From contig NZ_CAXUGX010000003.1 in NCBI RefSeq assembly GCF_964250715.1, positions 116,368 to 180,367 of the forward strand: a DNA stretch of 64,000 nucleotides. The letters are read 5' to 3'. A program made the position numbers and the translations under genes. How positions within the stretch are numbered: position 1 is the stretch's first letter; each line of letters opens with the position of its first letter. This DNA comes from an uncultured Amnibacterium sp. Lineage in GTDB: Bacteria; Actinomycetota; Actinomycetes; Actinomycetales; Microbacteriaceae. This document shows positions 9,055 through 17,771 of the stretch, piece by piece. The notes beneath the pieces were generated by a model. It was not told the DNA's origin, searched no databases, and worked only from the letters and a program-made list of their open reading frames with translations.

Positions 9055-10506
9055 ATGTTCGGGACCTACTTGCGGCGTGAGCTGTCGAATCGGCGGCGCC
9101 AGACGATCGTGGTCGCCATCGGGATGGCGTTGGCCATCGCCCTCGTGATCCTCGTGAACGCCACCGCAGCGGGAGTGCGGTCGGCGCAGGCGAGCGCCCT
9201 GCAGTCCGTCTACGGAGTCGGCACCGACATCACGGTCACCAAGCCGGCGAGTGCGCCGTCCGCGAACGGCGGCCGCCAGCAGTTCGACTTCGGCTCCGGA
9301 GCGGGCAGCACGCGGAACGGAACGCAGTCCCTCAGCCGCACCAGGCTGACAACCGGTCCGGCCGTGACCACCTTCGCGTCGTCCGCCGCGACGAAGGCGG
9401 CGGCGACCACCGGTGTGAAGGCCGCGACCGGCGTGCTGAGCCTGAACAACATCACCTTCTCCGGAGCGCTGCCGTCGCAGAGCCAGCGGAGTCAGGGAGG
9501 CTTCGGACAGGGCGCCCGCCCGAGCGGGGGACCCGACGGTGCTGGCGGCAGCTCCTTCGGCGTCAACTCGTTCAGCGTTCTCGGCTACAACGTGGCGGGC
9601 GCGACAGTCGGGCCGCTCACTTCGGCGACGCTGACGTCCGGGCGCTCGCTCACCGCCGCCGACGCGGGCAAATCCGTCGCCGTGCTCGATGCGGACTACG
9701 CGACCACCGCGAAGAAGAAGGTCGGCGGCACCGTCTCGATCGGCGGTACGACGTTCAAAATCGTCGGCATCGTGACCTCGACCTCCGCGACCGGCGCCAC
9801 GGGCTCGAACGTCTACGTCCCGCTCGACACGGCGCAGAAGCTCAGCAGCCAGACCGGCAAGATCTCCAGTGTCTACGTGCAGGCGGCGAACGCGAACGAC
9901 ATCACGGCGGTGAAGACGGCACTGTCGAAGTCGCTCGGCTCGTCGGTGACGGTGAACACGCAGTCGGACCTCGCCTCCTCCGTCTCCGGCTCGCTCTCGA
10001 CCGCGGCGACGCTCGCGAACAACCTCGGCACGTGGCTCTCCGTGCTCGTGCTCGCGGCCGCGTTCCTGATCGCGGTGCTGTTCACCGTGTCCGGAGTTAC
10101 GCGCCGCACCCGGGAGTTCGGCACGCTGAAGGCGATCGGTTGGAGCAACCGGAGGATCGTCGGTCAGGTCGCCGGGGAGTCGTTCGTGCAGGGGCTGATC
10201 GGCGGCGCGATCGGTATCGTGCTCGGCCTCGCAGCCATCCTGATCGTCAACCTGGTGCACCCCACCCTCAGCGCCGCCGCCACAACCGGTCGGGGACCGG
10301 GTGTGGGCGGTGGTGGCGGATTCGGCAGGGCGTTCAACCAGGCGGCGACCACCGCGTCCGAGATCGCCCTCAGCCTGCCCATCACTCCGGCCGTGATCGC
10401 CCTGGCCGTCGCCCTGGCGGTGCTCGGCGGACTGATCGCCGGCGCATTCGGCGGCTGGCGGGCCGCGCGCCTCCGCCCGGCCGAAGCACTCCGCAGCGTC
10501 GCCTGA
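9055..10506 (+). CDS. ABC transporter permease, FtsX/MacB type
   Basis: 483 aa. N-terminal TM, long Ala/Ser/Thr/Gly-rich extracytoplasmic domain, C-terminal FtsX domain (FGTLKAIGWSNRRI plus 3 TM). Confidence 0.85.
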   Translation: MFGTYLRRELSNRRRQTIVVAIGMALAIALVILVNATAAGVRSAQASALQSVYGVGTDITVTKPASAPSANGGRQQFDFGSGAGSTRNGTQSLSRTRLTTGPAVTTFASSAATKAAATTGVKAATGVLSLNNITFSGALPSQSQRSQGGFGQGARPSGGPDGAGGSSFGVNSFSVLGYNVAGATVGPLTSATLTSGRSLTAADAGKSVAVLDADYATTAKKKVGGTVSIGGTTFKIVGIVTSTSATGATGSNVYVPLDTAQKLSSQTGKISSVYVQAANANDITAVKTALSKSLGSSVTVNTQSDLASSVSGSLSTAATLANNLGTWLSVLVLAAAFLIAVLFTVSGVTRRTREFGTLKAIGWSNRRIVGQVAGESFVQGLIGGAIGIVLGLAAILIVNLVHPTLSAAATTGRGPGVGGGGGFGRAFNQAATTASEIALSLPITPAVIALAVALAVLGGLIAGAFGGWRAARLRPAEALRSVA

Positions 10507-10535
10507 ACCGTTCTCGACGAAGGGATCCTCCGCAG

Positions 10536-11219
10536 ATGTACGAACTCGCCGCGGTCGCCAAGACCTACAAGCAGGGTGCGAAGACCGTCCACGCGCTCAC
10601 CGGCGTCGACTTGATCATCGCCGATGGCGACTTCGTCGCCATTCAGGGACCGACCGGGGGCGGCAAGTCCACCCTGCTGCAACTGCTCGGCGCGCTGGAC
10701 CGCCCGTCGTCCGGCGCGGTCCGGCTCGGTGACCAGGACCTGGGAAGCCTGGGCGCGACCGCGCTGTCCCGCATCCGGGCGGAGCGCATCGGCTTCGTCT
10801 TCCAGAGCTTCAATCTGATTCCCACACTCACGGCGCTGGAGAACGTGGAGACCGCCCTCGCTCCCATTCACGTCGATGCGAAGGAGCGGCGGGCGCGGTC
10901 CCGAGAGGCGCTGGAAGCCATCGGACTCGGCGACCGGACGACCCACCTGCCGTCGGAGTTGTCCGGCGGTCAGCAGCAGCGCGTCGCCATCGCCCGGGCG
11001 CTCGTCAAGCAGCCGCAGGTGCTCCTCGCCGACGAGCCGACCGGCGCCCTCGACGAGGACACCCGCGGCGACATCGTCGGACTGCTCGAAGCGGCCTGGC
11101 GCGACCGCGGACTGACCCTCGTCGTCGTCACCCACGACTCCTGGGTCGCCGCCCGAGCCGACCGACGCCTGCACCTGAAGCAGGGCAAGGTCACCGAACG
11201 GACCGCCGTCGCCGTCTGA
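10536..11219 (+). CDS. ABC transporter ATP-binding protein (MacB/LolD type)
   Basis: Walker A GPTGGGKST, signature LSGGQQQRVAIARAL, Walker B VLLADEPTGALD. ATG 10536 is in frame with the longer listed ORF. Confidence 0.9.
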   Translation: MYELAAVAKTYKQGAKTVHALTGVDLIIADGDFVAIQGPTGGGKSTLLQLLGALDRPSSGAVRLGDQDLGSLGATALSRIRAERIGFVFQSFNLIPTLTALENVETALAPIHVDAKERRARSREALEAIGLGDRTTHLPSELSGGQQQRVAIARALVKQPQVLLADEPTGALDEDTRGDIVGLLEAAWRDRGLTLVVVTHDSWVAARADRRLHLKQGKVTERTAVAV

Positions 11220-11241
11220 CCGCCACCGCTCGTTCGCCTGT

Positions 11242-11328
11242 GCCGAGGAATTCAGGCGAATTCGAGAACTCGTGACCGGATCCGGCCGATTCGTCCTTCG
11301 TTGCTCGATTCCTCCTGAATTCTTCGGC
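11242..11328. terminator. long imperfect palindrome between convergent genes (candidate bidirectional terminator)
   Basis: Arms GCCGAGGAATTCAGG (11242-11256) and CCTGAATTCTTCGGC (11314-11328) around a CCGGATCCGG centre. Locally AT-rich with three GAATTC sites. Lies between the stops of the ABC ATPase (+) and the SDR (-). Confidence 0.45.
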
Positions 11329-11358
11329 CGAGGCGGAGGCGGACCAGGCGGAGGCGGG

Positions 11359-12222
11359 TCAGCCGGCGAGGCCCGAGCGCCGCTCGCTCTCGGCCCACAG
11401 TGCCGCCGCCAGGCCCGCGTCGTTCGCCTGCCGGCGCGTGCGACCGGGTGCCGTCAGGCGGTCGAAGTAGTTGCCGCTCGGCGCCGGCACCCGGGCGGTG
11501 GAGGCGAGCCGGACGAGCGGAGCCGCACCTTCCTCGGGGGAGACGGCAGCCCGCTTCATCAGGCTGGACACCGGTCCGTCGCCGCCGAATCCGCTGGCGA
11601 CGTAGCCGGGATGGAAGGCGTACGCGCTGATCCCGTCGCCCTGATGACGTCGCGCCAGCTCGCGAGTGAAGAGGATGTTCTCCAGCTTGCTCGTCCCGTA
11701 GGCGGTGAAACCGCCGAGCCACGGCCCGACGTGCCGGTTGTCCAGGTCGTCGATGCGCACGCGCCCGAACAGGTTGCCGGCGGAGGAGGTCTGGATGATC
11801 CGCACCGATCCGGGCGGCGCGTCCCGGGCGGTGTCCACGAGGCGGGGGAGCAGCAGGTTCGTCAGCAGGAACGGGGACAGATGGTTCTGCTGAAAGGTCT
11901 GGTCGAAGCCGTCCCGCGTGGTCGCCCGGGGGCCGATGGCGCCGGCGTTGTTCGCCAGCACGTGGATGCGCGGCAGATCCGCGAGCAGCCGCTCGGCCAG
12001 GTCCCGTACCGACTGCAGGTCGGCGTAGTCGACCAGGTAGGCAGTACCGCTGACCTCCGCGGCCACGGCGCGTGTGCGCTCGGGATTCCGTCCCACGACG
12101 GCGATCGTCGCCCCCAGCAGTGCCAGCTCACGGGCGGCGGCCCGGCCGATGCCGGAACTGGCGCCCGTGATCACGACGACCCGGTCCTCCATCCGGCCGG
12201 GCGCCGGCAGCTCGACGCTCAT
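11359..12222 (-). CDS. short-chain dehydrogenase/reductase
   Basis: VVVITGASSGIG, NNAG, YGTSK motifs. ATG 12220-12222 overlaps the stop of the upstream gene (ATGA), so the pair is co-transcribed. Confidence 0.85.
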   Translation of the reverse strand: MSVELPAPGRMEDRVVVITGASSGIGRAAARELALLGATIAVVGRNPERTRAVAAEVSGTAYLVDYADLQSVRDLAERLLADLPRIHVLANNAGAIGPRATTRDGFDQTFQQNHLSPFLLTNLLLPRLVDTARDAPPGSVRIIQTSSAGNLFGRVRIDDLDNRHVGPWLGGFTAYGTSKLENILFTRELARRHQGDGISAYAFHPGYVASGFGGDGPVSSLMKRAAVSPEEGAAPLVRLASTARVPAPSGNYFDRLTAPGRTRRQANDAGLAAALWAESERRSGLAG

Positions 12223-13652
12223 GCGACACCGTCCGTCTCCAGCAGCCGCAGCCACACCTCGCTGATGGTCGGATAGGAGGGGACGGCATGCCAGAGGCGC
12301 TGGATCGGCACCTCGCCGACGACCGCGATCGTGGCGGACTGCAGCAGCTCGCCGATGTCGCGGCCGACGAAGGTGGCGCCGACCACGACGTCGCGCTCGG
12401 CGTCGATCACCAGCTTGGCGCGGCCCACGTAGGAGTCGTCGTAGACGCTGCTGCCGGAGACGGCGGCCAGGTCGTACTCGGGCGCCCGCACGGTGAGCCC
12501 CGCATCCTTCGCCTGCTGCTCGGTCAGGCCGATCGCGGACGCCTCCGGGTCGGTGAACGTCACCTGGGGCACGCTGCGGGCGTCGGCAGTCGCAACGTGG
12601 CGGCCCCACCGCCCGTCGTCCAGCGTCTGGCCCTTGGCGCGGGCCGCGATGACCCGGCCGGCGGCGCGCGCCTGGTACTTGCCCTGGTGGGTCAGCAGGG
12701 CGCGGTGGTTCACGTCTCCCACCCCGTACAGCCACGGATCGCCGTCGTTGGTGTCGGCCTTCACCAGCAGCGTGTCGTCGACATCCAGCCACTCGCCGTC
12801 GGTCAGCCCCACGCTGGCCAGGCCGAAGTCGACCGTGTTGGGGCGGCGGCCGGTGGCGGCCAGCACGTGCTCGGCGGTCACGGAGGTGCCGTCGTCGAAC
12901 TGCACCGTCACTCCCGAGTCGTCGCGCGAGACCGTCGTGGGGGAGACGCCCAACTTCAGCGTCGCGCCGCTCTCGGTGAGGGAGTCGGCGACCAGCTCGC
13001 CGGCGAATGCCTCCATGCCGCCCAGCAGACCGCCGCGGGCGACGAGCGTGACCGAGCAGCCGAGCGAGGTGTAGGCGGTGGCCATCTCGCAGCCGACCAC
13101 GCCACCGCCGATGATCACCAGGCTGGCCGGCACCTGCTCCGCCCCGGTCGCCTCACGCGAGGTCCAGGGCGACGATTCCGCCAGACCGGGGATATCCGGC
13201 ACCAGGGCCGTCGAGCCGGTACTGACCGCGACGGCGTGATTGGCCGTCAGCACCGTCTCGGCGCCGTCCGGCTGCGTGACGGTGACCTGCTTGACGCCCG
13301 TGATGCGCGCGAATCCACGCACCAGGTCGATGCCGGCCGAGTCGAGCCACGACACCTGGCCGGAGTCGTCGTAGTTGCTGACCATGGCGTCGCGCCGCTT
13401 CAGCACGGCCGCGACGTCGAGACCGCCGGTCACCGCCTCCTTGGCCCCGTCCACGTGCAGGGCCGCGCGCCGCGCCGCCTCCGGCCGCAGCAGCGCCTTG
13501 GACGGCATGCAGGCCCAGTAGGAGCACTCGCCGCCGACCAGTTGGGACTCCACGATCACGGTGGACATCCCCTCGCGGTGGGCGTAGTCCGCCACGTTCT
13601 CGCCGACCGGTCCGGCACCGATCACGATCAGGTCATAGGTGGGCATCTGCAC
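12219..13652 (-). CDS. class-I pyridine nucleotide-disulfide oxidoreductase (dihydrolipoamide dehydrogenase/LpdA-like flavoprotein)
   Basis: 477 aa. DLIVIGAGPVG FAD fold, redox CxxxxC in GGECSYWACMPSK, second Rossmann LVIIGGGVVGCE, C-terminal dimerisation domain. Confidence 0.85.
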   Translation of the reverse strand: MQMPTYDLIVIGAGPVGENVADYAHREGMSTVIVESQLVGGECSYWACMPSKALLRPEAARRAALHVDGAKEAVTGGLDVAAVLKRRDAMVSNYDDSGQVSWLDSAGIDLVRGFARITGVKQVTVTQPDGAETVLTANHAVAVSTGSTALVPDIPGLAESSPWTSREATGAEQVPASLVIIGGGVVGCEMATAYTSLGCSVTLVARGGLLGGMEAFAGELVADSLTESGATLKLGVSPTTVSRDDSGVTVQFDDGTSVTAEHVLAATGRRPNTVDFGLASVGLTDGEWLDVDDTLLVKADTNDGDPWLYGVGDVNHRALLTHQGKYQARAAGRVIAARAKGQTLDDGRWGRHVATADARSVPQVTFTDPEASAIGLTEQQAKDAGLTVRAPEYDLAAVSGSSVYDDSYVGRAKLVIDAERDVVVGATFVGRDIGELLQSATIAVVGEVPIQRLWHAVPSYPTISEVWLRLLETDGVA

Positions 13653-13751
13653 TCCTCCGCGCGTCTCCCGTCACGCTACCGAGCGCTCGCCGACCGCCCG
13701 CTGGGGGCCGACCGGCGGCCCCTGGGTAGGGGGGTCGTGTGCGTCAGCGCG

Positions 13752-14603
13752 TCAGGCGCGGGCGCGGACCGGAGCGGTGACGGCGGAGAGGATGCGCAGC
13801 ACCGCGGGCAGATCGGGGTTCGCGGCGGCCGGCGTCGCCGGCGCGAACATCGCGATGCCGGCGCCTGCCAGCCGGCGGGACCCGACGGCCACGCTGATCG
13901 CTTTCGTCAGGTCGCCGAGCGAGACGCCGAACGGCTGCGGATCGGTCAGCCCCGCGAACTCGCCGGGGTCCAGCACGTCCAGGTCGATGTGCAGATACAC
14001 CCGATCGCAGCCCAGGGCGTCGACGGCATCGGCCAGGCCGTCCAGCTCCTCGGCCCGCACCAGCGTGATGGGGCTCGACGCCAGGTACTCCGCCTCGCCG
14101 TCGTCCTCGGAACGGGTACCGGCGAGCACGACGTCGTCGGGCGCCAGCGGCCGTTCGGCGACCAGGCCTGGAGCGCCTTCGCCGAGCAGGGCCCGCAGCA
14201 CCATGCCGCAGAAGGCCCCGGAGGGGCTGGAGTCGGGGGTGTGCAGGTCGGGGTTGGCGTCGAACCACACAAGGCCCAGGCGCTCGCCGGCGGCGGCGGC
14301 GCGGGCGGCGGCGTGCTCGACCGCGGCCAGTTCCACACCGCAGTCGCCACCGATGACGATGGGGGTGTCGGCCGGGTCGATGTTCGCGAGCACCATGCTG
14401 AGGCGCTCGCGCACGACGGCGAGGGTGGAGTAGCGGTGCACGCCCGTGTCGACCGCGTCGCCGGCGCCGAGCGGGATCTCGACGGTCGTGGTGGCGCCCG
14501 ACGGCAGGTCGCCGCGGATCGCCTCCGCGCCGTCGATCAGCCGCATCGACCGGCTGGAGGCAGAGCCCTGCCACTGCGGGACGACCACGAACTTCGCCGT
14601 CAT
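13752..14603 (-). CDS. arginase/agmatinase/formiminoglutamase-fold protein with substituted metal-ligand histidines
   Basis: Ureohydrolase blocks recognisable but altered: GGDCG (usually GGDHS), FDANPDLHTP (usually DAHxD), CGMV (usually HGMP). HIDLDVLDP is retained. Start ATG 14601-14603 (MTAKFVVVPQWQG). Confidence 0.7.
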   Translation of the reverse strand: MTAKFVVVPQWQGSASSRSMRLIDGAEAIRGDLPSGATTTVEIPLGAGDAVDTGVHRYSTLAVVRERLSMVLANIDPADTPIVIGGDCGVELAAVEHAAARAAAAGERLGLVWFDANPDLHTPDSSPSGAFCGMVLRALLGEGAPGLVAERPLAPDDVVLAGTRSEDDGEAEYLASSPITLVRAEELDGLADAVDALGCDRVYLHIDLDVLDPGEFAGLTDPQPFGVSLGDLTKAISVAVGSRRLAGAGIAMFAPATPAAANPDLPAVLRILSAVTAPVRARA

Positions 14604-14777
14604 GGCTCCCGAGCGTAGTTCGCGCCCGCACACGGGACCGGCGCCCGGCGTGTCGCCCCCTCCGCCAGCCCCTCGCCGACCGACCGGAACACGGTCGCCT
14701 CCCCCGACATTTCTTCCTCGCGACGACCGTCACGAAGACGCTATGCTGCTTCCGTCTGACCGACCAGGGAGTGAACC

Positions 14778-16166
14778 GTGCACTCGAATCTGTGGAACCC
14801 CAAGACCGAGACCCTTCCCCGCGACGACCTGCGCCGACTGCAGTTCGCCAAACTCGCTCGGGTCGTCGAGTGGGCCGAGGCGCGCAGCCCGCTGTATCGG
14901 GGGAGTTTCCGCCAGGCCGGGTTCTCCTCCGATCAGCTGCGGTCGTTCGACGACATCGAGCGCATTCCGTTCCTGACGCGCGACGAGTGGATGGCCGGCC
15001 AGATCGCGCAGCCGCCCTTCGGCGACATCGCCGTGGCCGGGCACGACAAAGCCGTCCGCCTGCACACCACCAGCGGCACGAGCGGCAAGCAGCCGCTCCG
15101 TGCGCTCGACACCCGCAAGGACTGGGCGTGGGCGGCGGAGATGTGGTGTTACGCGCTGTGGGGAGCGGGGGTGCGTCCCGCCGACATCGGCTACGTGGCG
15201 TTCGGGTACGGCTCGTTCATCGGATTCTGGGGCCTGCACAACGGCCTGGAGAAGATCGGCGCCCTGACGATCCCGGGTGGCGCGCAGACCACGCCCGCTC
15301 GGGTCAGGCAGATCGTCGACTTCGGCTGCACGGTCGTGGCGTCCACGCCCACCTATGCCTTGCGCCTGGCGCAGGAGGCGCAGCTGCTCGGCATCGACCT
15401 GCCCGGCTCCGCGGTGACGCGCGTGATCCTCTCCGGAGAACCGACGCCCGATGCGACGAAGCATCTGATCGAGCAGCAGTGGGGGGCCAAGGCCTTCGAC
15501 ACCGCCGGCATGACCGAGATCTCGACCATCTTCATGTTCGAGCCGGAGGACCAGCCGGGCGGCTGCCACATCATCGAGGACAGCTTCATCGAGCAGGTCG
15601 TGGACCCGGGGACGGGCGCCGAGCTGCCGTTCGGCGAGCCCGGCGAGCGCGTGACCACCTCCTTCGGGCGCAGCATCATGCCGCTGATCCGGTACCGCAC
15701 CTCCGACCTGGTCGTGAAGGTGCCGCACACCGTGGCGGCGAACGGCCGCACCTGGGACCTCTACGAGGGCGGCGTGCTCGGCCGGGTCGACGACATGAAG
15801 CTCGTCCGCGGCACCAACGTCTACCCGCGGGCGGTCGAGGGGATCGTGCGCGGGTTCACCGAGGTCGACGAGTTCCAGATCCGGCTCACGAGCGAGGGCA
15901 TCCGCGACGAGATCGCGCTGGTGGTCGAGACGGTGCCCGAGGTCACCGACCCGCAGTGGGAGCTGCTCGCGGACCGGCTCGCCAAGGAGCTGGCGGACGG
16001 GCACGAGGGGCTGCGGTTCGAGCTGGTGAAGGCCGACCCGGGCACCCTGCCGCGGTTCGAGCTGAAGGCGCGCCGGCTCGTCGACCTGCGCGCTGCAGAT
16101 CTGATCACCATGCCGTTCGAGACCACGCAGCTCAAGACCATCGAGACGACGGGGCGTGCATCATGA
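14778..16166 (+). CDS. PaaK-like aryl/phenylacetate-CoA ligase (adenylate-forming)
   Basis: 462 aa. HTTSGTSGKQP P-loop, STPTYALRLA, RVDDMKLVRGTNVYP blocks typical of the PaaK/F390-synthetase family. Confidence 0.85.
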   Translation: MHSNLWNPKTETLPRDDLRRLQFAKLARVVEWAEARSPLYRGSFRQAGFSSDQLRSFDDIERIPFLTRDEWMAGQIAQPPFGDIAVAGHDKAVRLHTTSGTSGKQPLRALDTRKDWAWAAEMWCYALWGAGVRPADIGYVAFGYGSFIGFWGLHNGLEKIGALTIPGGAQTTPARVRQIVDFGCTVVASTPTYALRLAQEAQLLGIDLPGSAVTRVILSGEPTPDATKHLIEQQWGAKAFDTAGMTEISTIFMFEPEDQPGGCHIIEDSFIEQVVDPGTGAELPFGEPGERVTTSFGRSIMPLIRYRTSDLVVKVPHTVAANGRTWDLYEGGVLGRVDDMKLVRGTNVYPRAVEGIVRGFTEVDEFQIRLTSEGIRDEIALVVETVPEVTDPQWELLADRLAKELADGHEGLRFELVKADPGTLPRFELKARRLVDLRAADLITMPFETTQLKTIETTGRAS

Positions 16167-16366
16167 CGACCGACCTGATCGGCAACCCGCTGAGTCCCCA
16201 GGAGGAACGCCTGATCGAGGTCTACGAGTCGCTGAAGTCGCTCGTGCAGGATGAGGCGCTCGCGCCGGGGACCCGGTCCAACCTGCTCGCGGCGCTGGCC
16301 GCGACCGGGGTGGCCGTCACCGGCCTGGGGCTGAAGTTCGAGCACCTCATAGACATCGGCGCCTGA
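16163..16366 (+). CDS. 67-aa hypothetical protein, translationally coupled inside the aryl-CoA operon
   Basis: ATG 16163 overlaps the ligase stop (ATGA). Its TGA (16364-16366) sits 1 nt before the cupin start. No recognisable motif. Confidence 0.45.
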   Translation: MTTDLIGNPLSPQEERLIEVYESLKSLVQDEALAPGTRSNLLAALAATGVAVTGLGLKFEHLIDIGA

Positions 16367-16367
16367 G

Positions 16368-16814
16368 ATGGCCACCGAATCCCCGGTCGTCGCCGGCCAG
16401 GTCGTCCCTGTCGTCACCAAGGCCGGCCACGAGTTCGAGGACACCGGCCAGTCCGGCGGTGCACACCGGGTCTCCGGAGTCGACCTGGAGCACACTCCGG
16501 CGACGCGCATCTGGTTCGGCAAGGTGAGCAACGAGCCCGGATTCCGGTCGTTCCCGCACCACCACGGCGAGGCCGAGACCGGCGGTTACGTGCTCACCGG
16601 GGTGGCCCGGATCTACTTCGGCGAGCAGTATGCGCAGTGGCTCGACCTGTCGGCCGGCGACTTCGTCTTCGTGCCGCCGTTCCTGCCGCACGTCGAGGCG
16701 AACATGAGCACCACCGACGAACTGGTCTGGCTGACCGCCCGCACGCCGGACAACATCGTGGTCAATCTGCCCGAGGTCGACGATGCGACGCTCGACGGAT
16801 TCCGCCGCACATGA
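16368..16814 (+). CDS. cupin-domain protein
   Basis: 148 aa. Cupin motif 1 FPHHHGEAETGGY and motif 2 GDFVFVPPFLPHVEAN. Confidence 0.8.
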   Translation: MATESPVVAGQVVPVVTKAGHEFEDTGQSGGAHRVSGVDLEHTPATRIWFGKVSNEPGFRSFPHHHGEAETGGYVLTGVARIYFGEQYAQWLDLSAGDFVFVPPFLPHVEANMSTTDELVWLTARTPDNIVVNLPEVDDATLDGFRRT

Positions 16815-17692
16815 CGGGCACGGTCGATTCGTTCCTGCGCGCCGTCGAGCTGCACGAGAACGGCGGGGACAGTTTCACCGCTCGGACGCAGCCCGTTCCG
16901 TGGCCGAAGGCGTACGGCGGAGACCTGCTTGCCCAGGCCGCCGCCTGCGCGATGCGCACCGTGGACGCCGACCGTGTGCTGCACTCGATGCACAGCAGCT
17001 TCCTGAGCGGTGCCGGCGTCGATGCGCAGGTCCGCTATGAGGTCGAGCGTCTTCGCGACGGCCGTTCCTACTCCACGCGACATGTGCGCGGCTATGCCGG
17101 CGCCGACCTGCTGTTCGTCGCCACCTGCTCGTTCCAGGTGTCCGAGGCGGGCAGCGGCTTCCAGGCGCCGGCGCCGCAGGGGATTCCCGATCCCGAGTCG
17201 CTGCCCAGCACCGCGGAGGCGCTGGCCGGCGTGGCCGGTGCGGCTGCCGAGTACTGGTCCGCCGGCCGCAGCTTCGACATCCGGCACGTCCCCGGACCGA
17301 TCTACGTCGATGCGGGCGGCGCCGGCGACGGCGGCGGGCACGTCGACAGCGCAGCCGAGCAGGCCGTCTGGATCCACCCCTTCTCGCCGCTGCCGGCGGA
17401 CCCGGCGGTGCATCGACTGGCGCTCATCTACGTCTGCGACTACACGATGCTCGAACCCGTGCTGCGCCGGCAGGGCCGCGCATGGAGCGATCCGGGCCTG
17501 ATGACCGCCAGCCTCGACCACGCGATGTGGCTGCACCGTGACCCGTGCATGGACGACTGGGTGCTGTTCCTGCAGCACGCCGACTCCGCCCAGTCGGGCC
17601 GTGGGCTCGGCGCCGGCTCCTTCTACTCCCGGGACGGATCGCTGATCGCGACGGCCCTGCAGGAGGGCGTCGTCCGGCACGCCGGATCCTGA
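16811..17692 (+). CDS. tesB: acyl-CoA thioesterase II (double hot-dog)
   Basis: Collinear with TesB: YGGDLLAQAA, LHSMHSSFL, RLRDGRSYSTRHV, SLDHAMWLH, GRGLGAGSFYSRDGSLIATALQEGVVR. ATG overlaps the cupin stop (ATGA). Confidence 0.85.
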   Translation: MTGTVDSFLRAVELHENGGDSFTARTQPVPWPKAYGGDLLAQAAACAMRTVDADRVLHSMHSSFLSGAGVDAQVRYEVERLRDGRSYSTRHVRGYAGADLLFVATCSFQVSEAGSGFQAPAPQGIPDPESLPSTAEALAGVAGAAAEYWSAGRSFDIRHVPGPIYVDAGGAGDGGGHVDSAAEQAVWIHPFSPLPADPAVHRLALIYVCDYTMLEPVLRRQGRAWSDPGLMTASLDHAMWLHRDPCMDDWVLFLQHADSAQSGRGLGAGSFYSRDGSLIATALQEGVVRHAGS

Positions 17693-17771
17693 CCCTCCGT
17701 CACTCTTGCCATCCGCTCGCGCGGAGCCCGATCCGACGGGCGCGCGACGAGCACGACCGAAAGGAAATGCC

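Noticed and set aside
8767-10260. 497-aa minus-strand ORF over the FtsX permease
   Set aside because: Shadow frame with extreme Arg/Gly/Asp composition and no motifs. The plus frame encodes a recognisable FtsX permease.
12288-14618. 776-aa plus-strand ORF
   Set aside because: It is antisense to the flavoprotein disulfide reductase and the arginase-fold gene, and its translation is low-complexity.
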